This document shows positions 19,401 to 28,475 of a stretch of 59,498 nucleotides of DNA, piece after piece. How positions within the stretch are numbered: position 1 is the first letter of the stretch; the number at the start of each line of letters is the position of its first letter. The position numbers were made by a program, and so were the translations under genes. The stretch covers positions 1-59,498 of the forward strand of contig JAZOLF010000150.1 of NCBI GenBank assembly GCA_045652785.1. The letters run 5' to 3'. This DNA is from Candidatus Scatosoma sp. GTDB taxonomy: Bacteria; Bacillota; Clostridia; Christensenellales; Borkfalkiaceae. Under the pieces are notes generated by a model, which had not been told where the DNA came from, ran no database searches, and saw nothing but the letters and a program-made list of their open reading frames with translations.

Positions 19401-20436
19401 GAGTAGCCCAAGAGCCGTCTGCTTGCTTATAGAAGGTCACGTCCGTTTGCGTTTCGTACATCATATAAACAGGGTTGCTGTTGATCTCAAACAAATTCTT
19501 CATCGCATACGAAGGGAAGAGCGTACCTGCGGGAATGGTAATGCTTTCCGTTTCTGCTTCCGCCGCACGGAATACAAACGAGAAGTAGCCTGCACCCTTG
19601 CTGTTCAAGTTGAACAAACCATAACTTTCTGCTACGCTACCAGCGCCGTCCGCCGTAATCTTGTTCGAGAAATGGTTGAGCGTATATACGTCCGAATAAT
19701 ACTCAGTATGTCTTTCATGCGTCTGACCATCCGCCGCATAGTCGTCGCCCTTCAAGGAAACGCCAAGGTAAGCGTTGTTGTAAGTAGAATCCCAACCCGT
19801 CACGTATTTAATGGATTCTACTTCCGTTTTTGCCACCGCCATTACGCCGTAAGCAACGCTGGAATCCATCGTAACAAAATCACAACCCGCACGATATACG
19901 GTTGCGGTTGCATCTCCTTGTAAATACGAATGGCTGGGGATCAACGCGCCTTCCAAAATCGTCAAACGAGAGCCCGATTTGACGCCTGCCGCCGTAGCCG
20001 CCGCCATATTTTCTGCACCCATCGACAAAGGAATTTGCAACGTGTAGTCGGGTTCACTTTCGTTGAGCCAGTAAATGTTGCTATAACAGGTGGTACAGCC
20101 CCATTCTGCCAACGTTTTGCCGCCAACTTTAATGTGGTTGAACAAATCCAGTTTGTTCAACAAGCTCGGCAAATCTCCCGTACCTTTGTAATCTTTTTGA
20201 CCTGCAATTTCGTTCGTCCAGTCTGCTTCGCCAAGCGTAAGACGAATTTCAAAGTTGCCGTTGCCGTGCCAACCTGCGATGCTACCCATCATCGCGATAT
20301 CTTTCGTCGCGTAGGTAGCGTCCGCTTGCGCAACCACGTCTTCGGGTTGATTGAGTTCAACCGCTGCAACCGATACAGCCGAAAGACCTACCGTTGCACA
20401 GAGCCCTGCCAAACATGTTTTCATCCATTTTTTCAT
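16477..20436 (-). CDS. 1319-aa cell-surface protein: signal peptide, two copies of [novel domain X + FIVAR-like helical repeats], S/T/E linker, Cys-containing C-terminal anchor tail
   Basis: Signal peptide MKKWMKTCLAGLCATVGLSAVSVAA. Domain X copy 1 is about aa 40-482 and copy 2 about aa 691-985 (IAGWHGNGNFEIRLTLGEADWTN vs IAGWYGNGNFTMAVTLGGADWTN). Ala-rich helical arrays cover aa 490-690 and 990-1265. The tail is SGCSGVASGMAAAIMMLGVAATLLKKKED. Confidence 0.7.
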   Translation of the reverse strand: MKKWMKTCLAGLCATVGLSAVSVAAVELNQPEDVVAQADATYATKDIAMMGSIAGWHGNGNFEIRLTLGEADWTNEIAGQKDYKGTGDLPSLLNKLDLFNHIKVGGKTLAEWGCTTCYSNIYWLNESEPDYTLQIPLSMGAENMAAATAAGVKSGSRLTILEGALIPSHSYLQGDATATVYRAGCDFVTMDSSVAYGVMAVAKTEVESIKYVTGWDSTYNNAYLGVSLKGDDYAADGQTHERHTEYYSDVYTLNHFSNKITADGAGSVAESYGLFNLNSKGAGYFSFVFRAAEAETESITIPAGTLFPSYAMKNLFEINSNPVYMMYETQTDVTFYKQADGSWATPLVEKETTVESAFVKTDGSSFTFIKLATHDYPTEIDNWNGGSVDIKAFLANTNFYSHVLVNDVALGSPAGEVLLNVWGNKGVIAFNTTQGAAATKITVLAGCQIPTYNALMNGARETYAVKETVSYVKTAAGEWVEESEYVTGYLDAAKVELDAYKAGAFREAEEAQRAEIVATAKAQLVETLSETEVQAIVASAKASIDALKTAAQYADEELAAAKTAANAEIEGYKANAVYFAEQAAAKDAAIAAGKAAVAAATTEAEIADAVAGAKAAIDGVKEKSAVVAEALWEIESYKADVVYAQNEIIQKGAIMAEATAAVHAATTAAEVANALASAKAAIDMLLTEAEAYVTSDVAFIGRIAGWYGNGNFTMAVTLGGADWTNANAGVKTYDGDLSLILKKLGFFDHIMVGGKTLAEWGCVACYDNGYELNTGEPDNIMLFHLSMGKTNMDAASAAGVGGASPITVKEGALIPSYGYLSKTSNVVYRAGATYVTSVSDKAYGIESVAQTSIESVSYVQGHDGTCGYLGVSFVGDDYLGNGSQVGTEPNYSYTNMYTSKILVNGEADQVKYYGLFNLGENGKGYFAFQIYVAKDDVETITIPAGTRFPTRAMMELKGVNGNPVYIMYELKEDVTLYNTANGFVNYEEYVAAYGEEQATALEGYKAGLFRENEENQRLALIETAKAEILTAATEADVDTAVNNAKAAIDALKTAAQWADEELAAVKAAAYAEIAGYKSDVAYLAEQAAWKAEIIEEGNAAIAAATTEAEIATAVANTKAGIDGIAIKSIIVEAAKADVETYMADVVYLEAQATEKAEIIAAAKAAIEAAESEAAIDEIVAGAKAAIDEIKTKEEVETEALNAVKAAANTTVDNLKKDIDPDLYDDEGMAAIATLYANVKAAIAAAESEEDVNALVAAFEAALAEVPEKQPEQPSNSGSTSSTGSEESPAKSGCSGVASGMAAAIMMLGVAATLLKKKED
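18991..20319 (-). repeat. ~1.3-kb segment paralogous to 34902..36242 (domain X of the two giant genes)
   Basis: Identical peptide runs in both genes (MMGSIAGWHGNGNFEIRLTLGEADWTNE; LDLFNHIKVGGKTLAEWGC; DYTLQIPLSMG). DNA stretches are nearly identical, e.g. aagcgtaagacgaatttcRaagttgccgttgccgtgccaacctgcgatgctacccatcat. Confidence 0.8.
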
Positions 20437-20457
20437 GTTTTTTCTCCTTATCCTTTT

Positions 20458-22185
20458 TTATTTTTTAGGCCAAACGGTGCTGTCCGTCTTGGTAAGCGCC
20501 GCGTTGGTCAAGATGCCATTTTTCTGCAAACCCGTGAACACTTGTTTCATTTGCTCGGTGTCACCGATGTACAAAGCGTAGTTGTATTCCAACGGTACGA
20601 AGTCAATCATCTTACGTTGAATACCAGGGTTGATATAGCCGTAGTTAATCGTCGAATAACTGGGAACCAGTTCTGATTCATCAAATTCGAAGTATTTATC
20701 GAAGTATTGACGGTTCGCCTTTTCGGTGAAATAACTGTTCGATTTACGGCCGCGCGATGCGATGTACTTATCTGCATTCGGCAAGCAGATACCTACGCCC
20801 CACTTGTCTTCGTTTACGAACGCGCACCAGCCGCCATTTACCATCTTACCGTTGAGTGCGTAGTAATATTCGCTGCCAACCGTATGATTTTTGCTCATTT
20901 TAACTTCCGATCTACCGTTTTGTTCACTCGTGTTCGGGTCGAAGATAACGCCCTGCTTGGTTTCACAGTAGAAGTAGTTGAGCGGGTACACGAAGTAGGT
21001 TGCAGGGGTTTCCTGCAAGGAAATGGATACGTTGTCTATCCCCGTAAATTGCGAGAAATCGGTGTATCTGTTTTCTACCATGAGCGCACCGCTTTCATCA
21101 AAGTAATAGGTCGCTTCGATGTAGCCGTTTGCTTGAATGTTCGTGTAGAAGAACCATTCCTGCCCTTTCATCTTCACGTACAACTTATCGCTTGCGTATT
21201 CATAGTCGATAATTTGGGGCGTGTGTCCGCCAAAGTCACCACATTGAATCGGGTTGTAAATGGGTTGCCCCGTTTCCGTGTGCCCAGGGTAGTAGGAATC
21301 CGTATCTTCGGGGTCGTAGTCAGGCAAGTAACCGTTCTTATCCGTGACGTTTAAGTAATAGGAAGGTTGCACTTCACGACCAAGGTCGTAAATGTTGATC
21401 AAGTTTACGTTCGCGCTGCTGACCTGTTGCACGAAACTGGGGTCAACGTCACGGTTGATACAAATATTACCGTCGCTGTCCATATATTCGTACACGTCTT
21501 CTTCCAACTTTTCCAAGTACGTGATACAGCCTCCATAGTACGGGGACGTACCCATAATGGTCGAGCCGTCGCTGACGTACCACTCATCCACCGTGTTGAG
21601 CGTTCTGTCCGAAACGCAAAGGGAACGGAACGTGAACGTCCCTTCCTTCGTTTCATCTACGTTTTGGAAGGTAATGGACGTAATTGTTTTACTGAACGCG
21701 CCTTGCGCACCTACGCGGAACGCATCCAAGAACGTGCAGAATTCCGTGCTGCCCGCGCTAACGAAGAACTTTTCGGCGTTCGTTTGCGAACGATTGTCGT
21801 TATTTTCGTAGTGGATATACCCTACCAAGTCAACGTCCGTTTCCAACACAAGTTTTAAATAATTCTTGTTCTTAATATTGCTGAAAATAGAGTATTCCAC
21901 ACACGCGTTCGCCGTCGGCTCTTCCTTGTTATACTTTTGCAAAGTCTTTTCCAAGCCATCCACAAAGATTGTGGTAAAAGCGTATTCTTCTTCCGTATAG
22001 GGTGCGGACGAAACGCCGTCAAACAAAGGGTTGCCCGAAGGGGAAAGTTTATCTTCCGCCTTTTCCAAGCGAACAGGGGGCTGTACGGTAGTGTCATCAC
22101 CGCCGTTTGCACACGCACCCGACGACAACGCCATCAATCCTGCGAAGAGAAAACATATTGATTTTTTCATCGTTTGATTTTTCAT
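20458..22185 (-). CDS. 575-aa lipoprotein of unknown function (glycan locus 1)
   Basis: Lipobox LSSGAC-ANGG. No motif I can recognise. Tightly packed (6-nt and 21-nt gaps) between the neighbouring locus genes. Confidence 0.6.
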   Translation of the reverse strand: MKNQTMKKSICFLFAGLMALSSGACANGGDDTTVQPPVRLEKAEDKLSPSGNPLFDGVSSAPYTEEEYAFTTIFVDGLEKTLQKYNKEEPTANACVEYSIFSNIKNKNYLKLVLETDVDLVGYIHYENNDNRSQTNAEKFFVSAGSTEFCTFLDAFRVGAQGAFSKTITSITFQNVDETKEGTFTFRSLCVSDRTLNTVDEWYVSDGSTIMGTSPYYGGCITYLEKLEEDVYEYMDSDGNICINRDVDPSFVQQVSSANVNLINIYDLGREVQPSYYLNVTDKNGYLPDYDPEDTDSYYPGHTETGQPIYNPIQCGDFGGHTPQIIDYEYASDKLYVKMKGQEWFFYTNIQANGYIEATYYFDESGALMVENRYTDFSQFTGIDNVSISLQETPATYFVYPLNYFYCETKQGVIFDPNTSEQNGRSEVKMSKNHTVGSEYYYALNGKMVNGGWCAFVNEDKWGVGICLPNADKYIASRGRKSNSYFTEKANRQYFDKYFEFDESELVPSYSTINYGYINPGIQRKMIDFVPLEYNYALYIGDTEQMKQVFTGLQKNGILTNAALTKTDSTVWPKK

Positions 22186-22191
22186 AACTTA

Positions 22192-24867
22192 TTATCTCCC
22201 CGTTTCAATCGAAATTGCACGAACGGCAATTTCCTTACCAGCGAACTGCACATAAAGTTTACCAAGATACAAGCCTGCGCGGTCAGCAGGAATTTCTACG
22301 GTCATGGTGGACCACTCGTATTCCTGCATATTGCAGCGGATTTCTTGGGTGGAGTGAACCGTCAAATCATCCAATCCTTCGCCGTCCGACGCACCGATAT
22401 CCGATTTCGACATTGCCAAGCCAAGCGTCAATTTATCCACATCCGTCTTGTTTTGATATACAATCTTGACTTTCGTCGACCCCGTCAACAGAACACTCTT
22501 CGTCGTGTGCGGAACGCTGTGGTGCTCACTCATATTTTGCGAGTAACCGATATACAGCGACATCGAAAGCACAGCCGCCGTCGGGTTCTTCACAAAGATG
22601 GAAGATTTCAAAACGCCGTCGTACGCGTATGCGCAGTTGACGTCCCAGTCCATAGCGTTGTAAATGTCTTCATACGATTGATAGAACGGCAAACTTTCTT
22701 CGTTTACTTCGTAGTCAATCGTCTTGACAAGCACTTTACCCGTACCCACGAACGAAATACGGATCGCTTGAACGTAGCCGCGTTCATTCGTCTTCAAAGG
22801 CAGTTTCACACTCGCCGCTTGCGCCTTGTTCACCGTGTCAAGTTCATAGGTGTATCTCGAAGTGAATGTACCGTTGATCTTGTATTCTACGGCAACCGCG
22901 GAAACGTTCGAATCCTTATACAAGAAGTATTGCAAGGTCGCATAGCCGTAGCCGTCCGAAGTTGCGTTGTACGTTCTATCTGCGGATGTCACGCTTGCAC
23001 CGCTGGCCTTAACGTCGAACAACGTACCGCCGCGGTTGGGCTCAAACGAAACATCTACTTGGCTGTTCGTTTCTAAGCCAAAGCAATACTTATCGTTCAA
23101 ATTGATACCCACGATATCGTAAGGCATAAACCCGATCATTTCGATATTCTTGATCAGAATTGCGTTGTCCACACCTACCGCGTTGTAGATAATTTCAATC
23201 TTCGAAAGTTTGCCTTCCATACCGTACTTGCCATACAGGTTTGCGGTGTAAGACTTGCTTTCCGACATTTGTTTAGAAATGGCTAAATCCGCCTTGACAG
23301 GAATATCCAGTTCGTTGTAAATACGCACCGTCAAGTTTTCTGCATAGCCGAAGTTTTGGAGCGTAATGTTGAGCGTCGTCAATTCCGCAAGGTCAATGTT
23401 CTTGCCTTCGGGAACTCTGAGTTCAAACCCGTAGGACGGTTTGCCCTTTTCGCGGCTTACGACTTCGTTTTCGGTGTACATCAACAAACCGTCAGTTGTG
23501 TTGAGTACGCGCGTACCGTCTTTCACGGTAGAAGGAACTACGTAATCCTTAGGGAATACCATACCTTGGGGATTTTCAGCCTGCGCGTCGGACGCATTTT
23601 GCAAAGCCTGTTGCGTCGTGTTTTCCGCATTCATCAAAAGGGTTTGTACCGAATCGCTGTCTTCTACCACGATTTCGTGGGGAACGCCTTCGATCGCTTT
23701 AATCAAAAATTCGTTCGACCAGTCTTCGTAGTTCACGTTCTTATAGTTCGCTTGGAAACGAATCATCCCAAGGAAGTTCGACGTACCCCAAATGGAGTAG
23801 CCGTTCTTATACACTTCGTACAGGTTGAAATCAACGTACGTCCATTCATCCGTTTCGTCCATTTCGATTTGGTGCTGTTCGAGCGCGATACCGCTACCGA
23901 CACCGCTACCCGTGTAGTTGGGATAGCAGTAATCCTGCGTGTAAACCGAACCCGTTTCCGACCAGTTGCTACCGTCCGCGTCCAACAATGCCGTGAAGTA
24001 CATATTCACGGAATCCGCTTTGCCCAAGTTCTTGAACCAGATACGGATAATTTGCGATTGCGAAATATCCAGAGCCAAGCAAAGTTCTACGTAGCCGTCA
24101 CCATAGGTAGGCATATAGCCGAAGTTGACGTAAGTACATTGTTCTTGCACCAAGCCCGTCGCATATTGCGTGGAAACGGTGTACGTTTCCGCCCAGCCTT
24201 CTTCTTCGATAAGGTTGCCCTTAGTGTCAGTAGAAAGCGAGCCTGCATACGCTACCAAATAATCAGACAGCGCAGCGGACGGCAATTCACCAGGATCGGT
24301 GTGATCGCTCATATAAATCCCTTCCGAACGGCGAATATACAGGTCCGTAGGCCCTTGAATGGGATCGCTGTACGAGAATTCCGTTTCGTATTCTTCGTCC
24401 AAATAAGTACCCATGTACTTGAACCCCGCCACCAAGGTTGCGTCTTCGGTCAACGTATCCCCTTTGAACGTAGGCACGGTTTGGATGAGTGCGCCGTTTA
24501 CGTAATAATTTACGTCGTATTGTTCCACCCATTTTGCATACAAGGTCATATCCCCTTGCACGCGATCTGCCTTAAAGTCCCAACTGTCGGTACACGCTTC
24601 GTCGGTGTACCAGCCGTAGAGTTGCAGGTTGCTCGGGTTTTCACCCGTCACGTATGCTTTGACAATGGGAACGCGCTTGCCGATAGAAACCGTTTTGGGT
24701 TTCACGTCGTTGACTTGATAGCCGTCCAAGTTCACGTCGAAAGAGATCGTCGCCGTCGTTTTTTGCGAACCGTCGCCTTCATCAATCGGACCGCAAGCCA
24801 CCGCTGCGAACGTCGCCCCCAGCATCGTTGCTACCCCTAAAAATAATGTTAAAATCTTTTTCTTCAT
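22192..24867 (-). CDS. 891-aa lipoprotein with an N-terminal Listeria-Bacteroides (Flg_new-type) repeat; remainder unknown
   Basis: Lipobox AAVAC-GP. LQLYGWYTDEACTDSWDFKADRVQGDMTLYAKW matches the Flg_new repeat pattern. Confidence 0.6.
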   Translation of the reverse strand: MKKKILTLFLGVATMLGATFAAVACGPIDEGDGSQKTTATISFDVNLDGYQVNDVKPKTVSIGKRVPIVKAYVTGENPSNLQLYGWYTDEACTDSWDFKADRVQGDMTLYAKWVEQYDVNYYVNGALIQTVPTFKGDTLTEDATLVAGFKYMGTYLDEEYETEFSYSDPIQGPTDLYIRRSEGIYMSDHTDPGELPSAALSDYLVAYAGSLSTDTKGNLIEEEGWAETYTVSTQYATGLVQEQCTYVNFGYMPTYGDGYVELCLALDISQSQIIRIWFKNLGKADSVNMYFTALLDADGSNWSETGSVYTQDYCYPNYTGSGVGSGIALEQHQIEMDETDEWTYVDFNLYEVYKNGYSIWGTSNFLGMIRFQANYKNVNYEDWSNEFLIKAIEGVPHEIVVEDSDSVQTLLMNAENTTQQALQNASDAQAENPQGMVFPKDYVVPSTVKDGTRVLNTTDGLLMYTENEVVSREKGKPSYGFELRVPEGKNIDLAELTTLNITLQNFGYAENLTVRIYNELDIPVKADLAISKQMSESKSYTANLYGKYGMEGKLSKIEIIYNAVGVDNAILIKNIEMIGFMPYDIVGINLNDKYCFGLETNSQVDVSFEPNRGGTLFDVKASGASVTSADRTYNATSDGYGYATLQYFLYKDSNVSAVAVEYKINGTFTSRYTYELDTVNKAQAASVKLPLKTNERGYVQAIRISFVGTGKVLVKTIDYEVNEESLPFYQSYEDIYNAMDWDVNCAYAYDGVLKSSIFVKNPTAAVLSMSLYIGYSQNMSEHHSVPHTTKSVLLTGSTKVKIVYQNKTDVDKLTLGLAMSKSDIGASDGEGLDDLTVHSTQEIRCNMQEYEWSTMTVEIPADRAGLYLGKLYVQFAGKEIAVRAISIETGR

Positions 24868-24879
24868 ATCTGAAATCCT

Positions 24880-25776
24880 TTATAATTTCAAGCCCGCAGC
24901 AAATTCGCCGCTCTTAAAATACTTCATAGAAATAATCGTCGTCACGATCAATGGCAAGGACGAGATCAAATACATCGCGTACGCCGCACCGTATTTAATT
25001 TCCCCCGTTGCTACCACCGAGTACATAATTGTCGTAATCGTTTGGTTGGTATCCATGATCAAACTTGCCCACAGGTATTCGTTGTAAATCCCCGAGAAAC
25101 AGCCAACGAAGTAATACAAGACGATGGGCAAAGCCAGGGGGATCGTAATTTTCGAAAAAAGCACGATATCGTTTGCACCGTCGAGTTTTGCACTTTCGTA
25201 CAATGACTTAGGCTGTTGGCTGAAAAAGGTTCTAAACAGGAACATACCCGTAACCTGTGCACCGCCGACCATCGGCAATAAGTACCCAAAATAACTATCA
25301 CCCACGCCGAACGTATCACGAACGAGCGGGATCAAAATGGGATACCCGATAATGGATGGCACCAACAATACCGAGATGAACAACATAAAGATCATTTCTT
25401 TAAAGTAGAAATTCTTTACAACCAGGATGTATGCAAGCAAGGCGCTGATTATCGTTTCCAGCACCGCGCCGATAAGCGCTACCGTAATCGTCTTGAAGTA
25501 GTACGGAGAGAGAACCCCCCACGCCTTCGCAAAGTTGGTATCCGCCGCTTCCGCAAGCGTTGAGAAAACGGGCAGACTAAACGCGTCGGTTTTTACCTGT
25601 TCGTCCAACTTAAAGGCGTTCACCACCGTCAAAAGCAACGGCAGGAAAGAGAACACCAAACAGAAGAACACCACAAACAGGATAATCCCTTGCGCCCAAG
25701 GTTTTTCATAGGGCATACGCAAGCCTTTTACCTTACGTTTTGCGGGGTTATTATTCGTAATCATCGTATTTTCCAT
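24880..25776 (-). CDS. carbohydrate ABC transporter permease (MalG/LplC-like)
   Basis: Six hydrophobic segments and the EAA loop ESAKLDGANDIVLFSKITIPLALP. 298 aa. Confidence 0.85.
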   Translation of the reverse strand: MENTMITNNNPAKRKVKGLRMPYEKPWAQGIILFVVFFCLVFSFLPLLLTVVNAFKLDEQVKTDAFSLPVFSTLAEAADTNFAKAWGVLSPYYFKTITVALIGAVLETIISALLAYILVVKNFYFKEMIFMLFISVLLVPSIIGYPILIPLVRDTFGVGDSYFGYLLPMVGGAQVTGMFLFRTFFSQQPKSLYESAKLDGANDIVLFSKITIPLALPIVLYYFVGCFSGIYNEYLWASLIMDTNQTITTIMYSVVATGEIKYGAAYAMYLISSLPLIVTTIISMKYFKSGEFAAGLKL

Positions 25777-25777
25777 T

Positions 25778-28378
25778 TTACAAATCTTCCCCCATCGTTT
25801 CTTTCTTTTGCATCTTGAAGTTCGTGGCTACCGCTGCAAACAGGAACAAGAAGATCAGCGTTGCATAAGCACTTGACTTACCGTAGTCGCCGTAGGTCAT
25901 CATCGTCGTGTACATCGTTTCAACGGGGGTTGTCGTACCCGTGGATGCCAGAATGTACGTTCTTGCGTAGTTTTGTACGGACGAGATAAACGTCATAATG
26001 AATATGTACTTGATCTGCGGCATAATCAACGGTATATCAATCATAAAGAACCGTTTTACAATGCCCAACCCTTCCAACCTGCCCGCTTCATGATATTCAC
26101 CGGGAATATTCATCAGCCCGCCGTAGAAGATTAGATAGCCGCCCACAAACGGGAACCCCATCATAATCAGCGACCAACGTGCGTAGTCGGTATTCGTCAA
26201 GAACTCAATCGGCTCGGACGCGCCGAGAAGTTGGTTCAAAAGCCCCGTATTCCCGTAAATACCAGTACGCCAAATCAACATGGTTGCCATACTCGGGATA
26301 ATGCTGGGAATGAACATGAGCGAACGTACCCAGTTGGACGCCACTTTGTTTCGAATCAAAATCAGCAAGAACGCGAACACCAACGGCGGTGCGATACACA
26401 AGAACAAGTCAAAGCCCAAGAAGAAGAGCATATTCCCGATCGAACGCCAGAACGCATCGTCGTTTAAGATCTTGATATAGTGCCCAAAGTTGTTCCAAAT
26501 CCACGAAGGTTTTTCCTGCGTGTAATCAAAGAAGGACATCGAGATTGCCCCGATTGCTTCGTAATAACAGAACATAAACAGCAGGATGATGAAGAAAGAA
26601 AGTGCCAAATACACCATTTTGTTCTTCTTCACGTCCTTTTGGATTTCTTTCAAACGGTACAGCGCGCGTTCGTTTCTCCAAGCCACAAAGAACCAAATAT
26701 CGAAAATGAGTACGAGCGCCGCAATCACAAGCGAGATAATGAACAGCGTTTGCGTCAAACCCTTGTTTTCAAACTTTTCGGGTTCGTAGGACGACACGTA
26801 TAAGTAGTTGTTGGTCGTTGCCTGCAAATCAACGCTGGTCACTTGGCGAACCACGTTGGTCACTTTGTTGTCCTTGTCGCCCGTCAGCGAGTTCACGTCG
26901 AAGTCCGCTTGGAAGGAGTACAAAATTTTGTAATCATTCTTATCGTTGATGTCAACGATGGAGATCGTTCTATCGTTTTGGAAACGCAAGTACAAGGTGT
27001 TTGCGTATTTATTCCACGAGAGCGCGTTGCCGAACGTACTCAACTGTTTATCGCCGATATCGATCGAAGTAATCTTCGTTGCAAGGTCGCTCAAAAACGC
27101 CCCGCTTTCCGCACCGTCAATCGCCGTCTTTTCCACACAGTACAGGTGGTTATCGAGCAAGTTCGTGTAATATACTGCGTGGTTGGTTTTGGAGTATATT
27201 ACCCCGCCGACGTTGCAATCGCCTGCGTGCAATACAGAATAGAATTCCGATTTGATAGACGATTTGTTAATCAAAATCGTTCTCGACGTCGAATCATACT
27301 CCGCACACCACGGGTTTTCCGCCACGAACATTTCGTTTACCGCTGTTTTGGCAAACTCATTCGCTTTTTTGTTTTCATCGTTAAACTTTTTAACGGATAC
27401 GAGTTTTTGATACTCTTTGCTCAGCGCATCGCCGCTCAGCGCCGCCAACTCGTCATCCGTGAATGTATTGTCTGCGTGGTTCTTGATCAAATTGCGGAAA
27501 TAACTATCTTTCGCCGCTTGTTCTACTTCCTTATCGCGGCCTTGGTCGTGATAATCGGAAACGACTTTGAAATAATCATATTCCACGCCGTTTTCGTCTT
27601 CGTAGTCAGCCAAACTCAAACCGATACGGATCAAACCGCCGTTGTTTTTGAACATATAAATGTAGCCGTCTGCTACCACGAACTTATAAACGCCCGTCTT
27701 TGCTGAAGTAAGCGGAATAATTTTTTGTTCCGTATCCGTCGAGCCTTCCAACTCCAAATCCCAAAGTTGCTTTTTCTTATCAAAGCCCTGCGCAAGATCG
27801 TCCGCCGCAAAGCGGTAGATATTGTAAACGCTATCCTTATCCAAAGCAAGGGTATAGAGAACTCCGTCTTGGTCGTCAAAGCCCTTTACGTCGAGTTTCC
27901 CCGTCACGCTATCCGCCAGGAAATAATCGTTTGTCGTCGTCAAATTTAAGCCGTCGTCTTTCAACTTAAAGATGTTGCCGCAACCATCGAGCAGCAAGTA
28001 ATAATCCTGCCCGTCCTTTCCTTCCACGTACTTTGCTTTCCATTGCGTCAAACTGCCGTCCAGCAATTTGCCCGCATCCCCATTTTGTTGCAACAGAGTT
28101 TGGATATTGCTGAAAGCAAAAGACGATTTTTGTTCACTCGTAAAGGTATCTATACGGTACATTCCGTCGTCGGACAGCAGGAAATATTCGTTGCCGTCCT
28201 TGCTTTCTATCATTTGTCGGATCTCTTCGTTGTTACCCAAGAACTTAATCTCTTTCGCTTTGGGTATCAAACAACCGAACAAAACCGATAAAATTGTAAA
28301 CAGGATGAGAATAACGGATAGAATAACAACCGTATTCTTCGCTTTTTGCTTATCCTGTTTGGTTATGCCTATTGCCAT
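25778..28378 (-). CDS. carbohydrate ABC transporter permease (MalF/LplB-like) fused to a ~530-aa N-terminal extracytoplasmic, propeller-like domain
   Basis: TM1 is VVILSVILILFTILSVLFGCLI, followed by about 510 non-hydrophobic residues and TM2 LFIISLVIAALVLIFDIWFFVAW. A complete permease core follows, with the EAA loop EAGRLEGLGIVKRFFMIDIPLIMP. Confidence 0.8.
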   Translation of the reverse strand: MAIGITKQDKQKAKNTVVILSVILILFTILSVLFGCLIPKAKEIKFLGNNEEIRQMIESKDGNEYFLLSDDGMYRIDTFTSEQKSSFAFSNIQTLLQQNGDAGKLLDGSLTQWKAKYVEGKDGQDYYLLLDGCGNIFKLKDDGLNLTTTNDYFLADSVTGKLDVKGFDDQDGVLYTLALDKDSVYNIYRFAADDLAQGFDKKKQLWDLELEGSTDTEQKIIPLTSAKTGVYKFVVADGYIYMFKNNGGLIRIGLSLADYEDENGVEYDYFKVVSDYHDQGRDKEVEQAAKDSYFRNLIKNHADNTFTDDELAALSGDALSKEYQKLVSVKKFNDENKKANEFAKTAVNEMFVAENPWCAEYDSTSRTILINKSSIKSEFYSVLHAGDCNVGGVIYSKTNHAVYYTNLLDNHLYCVEKTAIDGAESGAFLSDLATKITSIDIGDKQLSTFGNALSWNKYANTLYLRFQNDRTISIVDINDKNDYKILYSFQADFDVNSLTGDKDNKVTNVVRQVTSVDLQATTNNYLYVSSYEPEKFENKGLTQTLFIISLVIAALVLIFDIWFFVAWRNERALYRLKEIQKDVKKNKMVYLALSFFIILLFMFCYYEAIGAISMSFFDYTQEKPSWIWNNFGHYIKILNDDAFWRSIGNMLFFLGFDLFLCIAPPLVFAFLLILIRNKVASNWVRSLMFIPSIIPSMATMLIWRTGIYGNTGLLNQLLGASEPIEFLTNTDYARWSLIMMGFPFVGGYLIFYGGLMNIPGEYHEAGRLEGLGIVKRFFMIDIPLIMPQIKYIFIMTFISSVQNYARTYILASTGTTTPVETMYTTMMTYGDYGKSSAYATLIFLFLFAAVATNFKMQKKETMGEDL

Positions 28379-28430
28379 AGGTTGCCCCCTTTTATGATTT
28401 ACTTTTGGTAAATCGTTTTACCTTTCCCCC

Positions 28431-28457
28431 GCGCGGCAAACACACCGCCCGCCGCGC
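28431..28457 (-). other. GC-rich intercistronic stem-loop after the SBP gene
   Basis: gcgcggc-(13 nt)-gccgcgc lies between the SBP stop (28476) and the permease start (28378). There is no U-tract. The position is typical of hairpins that stabilise the upstream SBP message. Confidence 0.4.
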
Positions 28458-28475
28458 AGGTTTCGTTTTTCATTC

